From positions 1 to 47,866 of the forward strand of contig JAHLWZ010000917.1 in assembly GCA_020536535.1 (NCBI GenBank): a stretch of DNA of 47,866 nucleotides. The letters run 5' to 3'. Positions 47,746 to 47,866 of this stretch are shown here, one piece after another (within the stretch, counting starts at the first letter, position 1; each line of letters starts with the position of its first letter). Origin of the DNA: Pelomyxa schiedti (taxonomy: Eukaryota > Protista > Evosea). Under the pieces are notes generated by a model. It saw nothing but the letters and a program-made list of their open reading frames with translations. It had not been told where the DNA came from and made no database searches. Position numbers and translations under genes: made by a program.

Positions 47746-47866
<121 letters not shown>

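Overview
Gene-dense eukaryotic (protist) genomic DNA with many short (~35-60 nt) spliceosomal introns, two 100-N scaffold gaps and an (AAC)n run at the right end. Short introns, Entamoeba-type transmembrane TKL kinases and several bacterial-type enzymes suggest an anaerobic amoebozoan (Archamoebae, Pelomyxa/Mastigamoeba-like); this is inference only. Hand-splicing gives about 18 genes: Gle1-like, oligoendopeptidase F, TAP-like membrane peptidase, coiled-coil/methylglyoxal synthase fusion, BIRC6-type E2, a 12x CCDC53-motif repeat protein, two tandem Sel1-repeat genes, Vip1-like RRM protein, F-box/SMI1-KNR4 protein, a 78-aa ASDURF/prefoldin-like microgene missing from the ORF track, glycogen branching enzyme, cationic amino-acid transporter, ankyrin-KH protein, ERGIC-53-like lectin, two head-to-head receptor kinases and a biotin-carboxylase alpha subunit, plus a clathrin heavy-chain pseudogene fragment. 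The most striking signal: after splicing, the ankyrin-KH reading frame runs into a FrnE/DsbA-type active-site motif whose first Cys position is a TGA codon (VISDLA-TGA-PWCYVAKVRL), a candidate selenocysteine UxxC. All family assignments come from motif recognition by eye, and exon boundaries are manual estimates.
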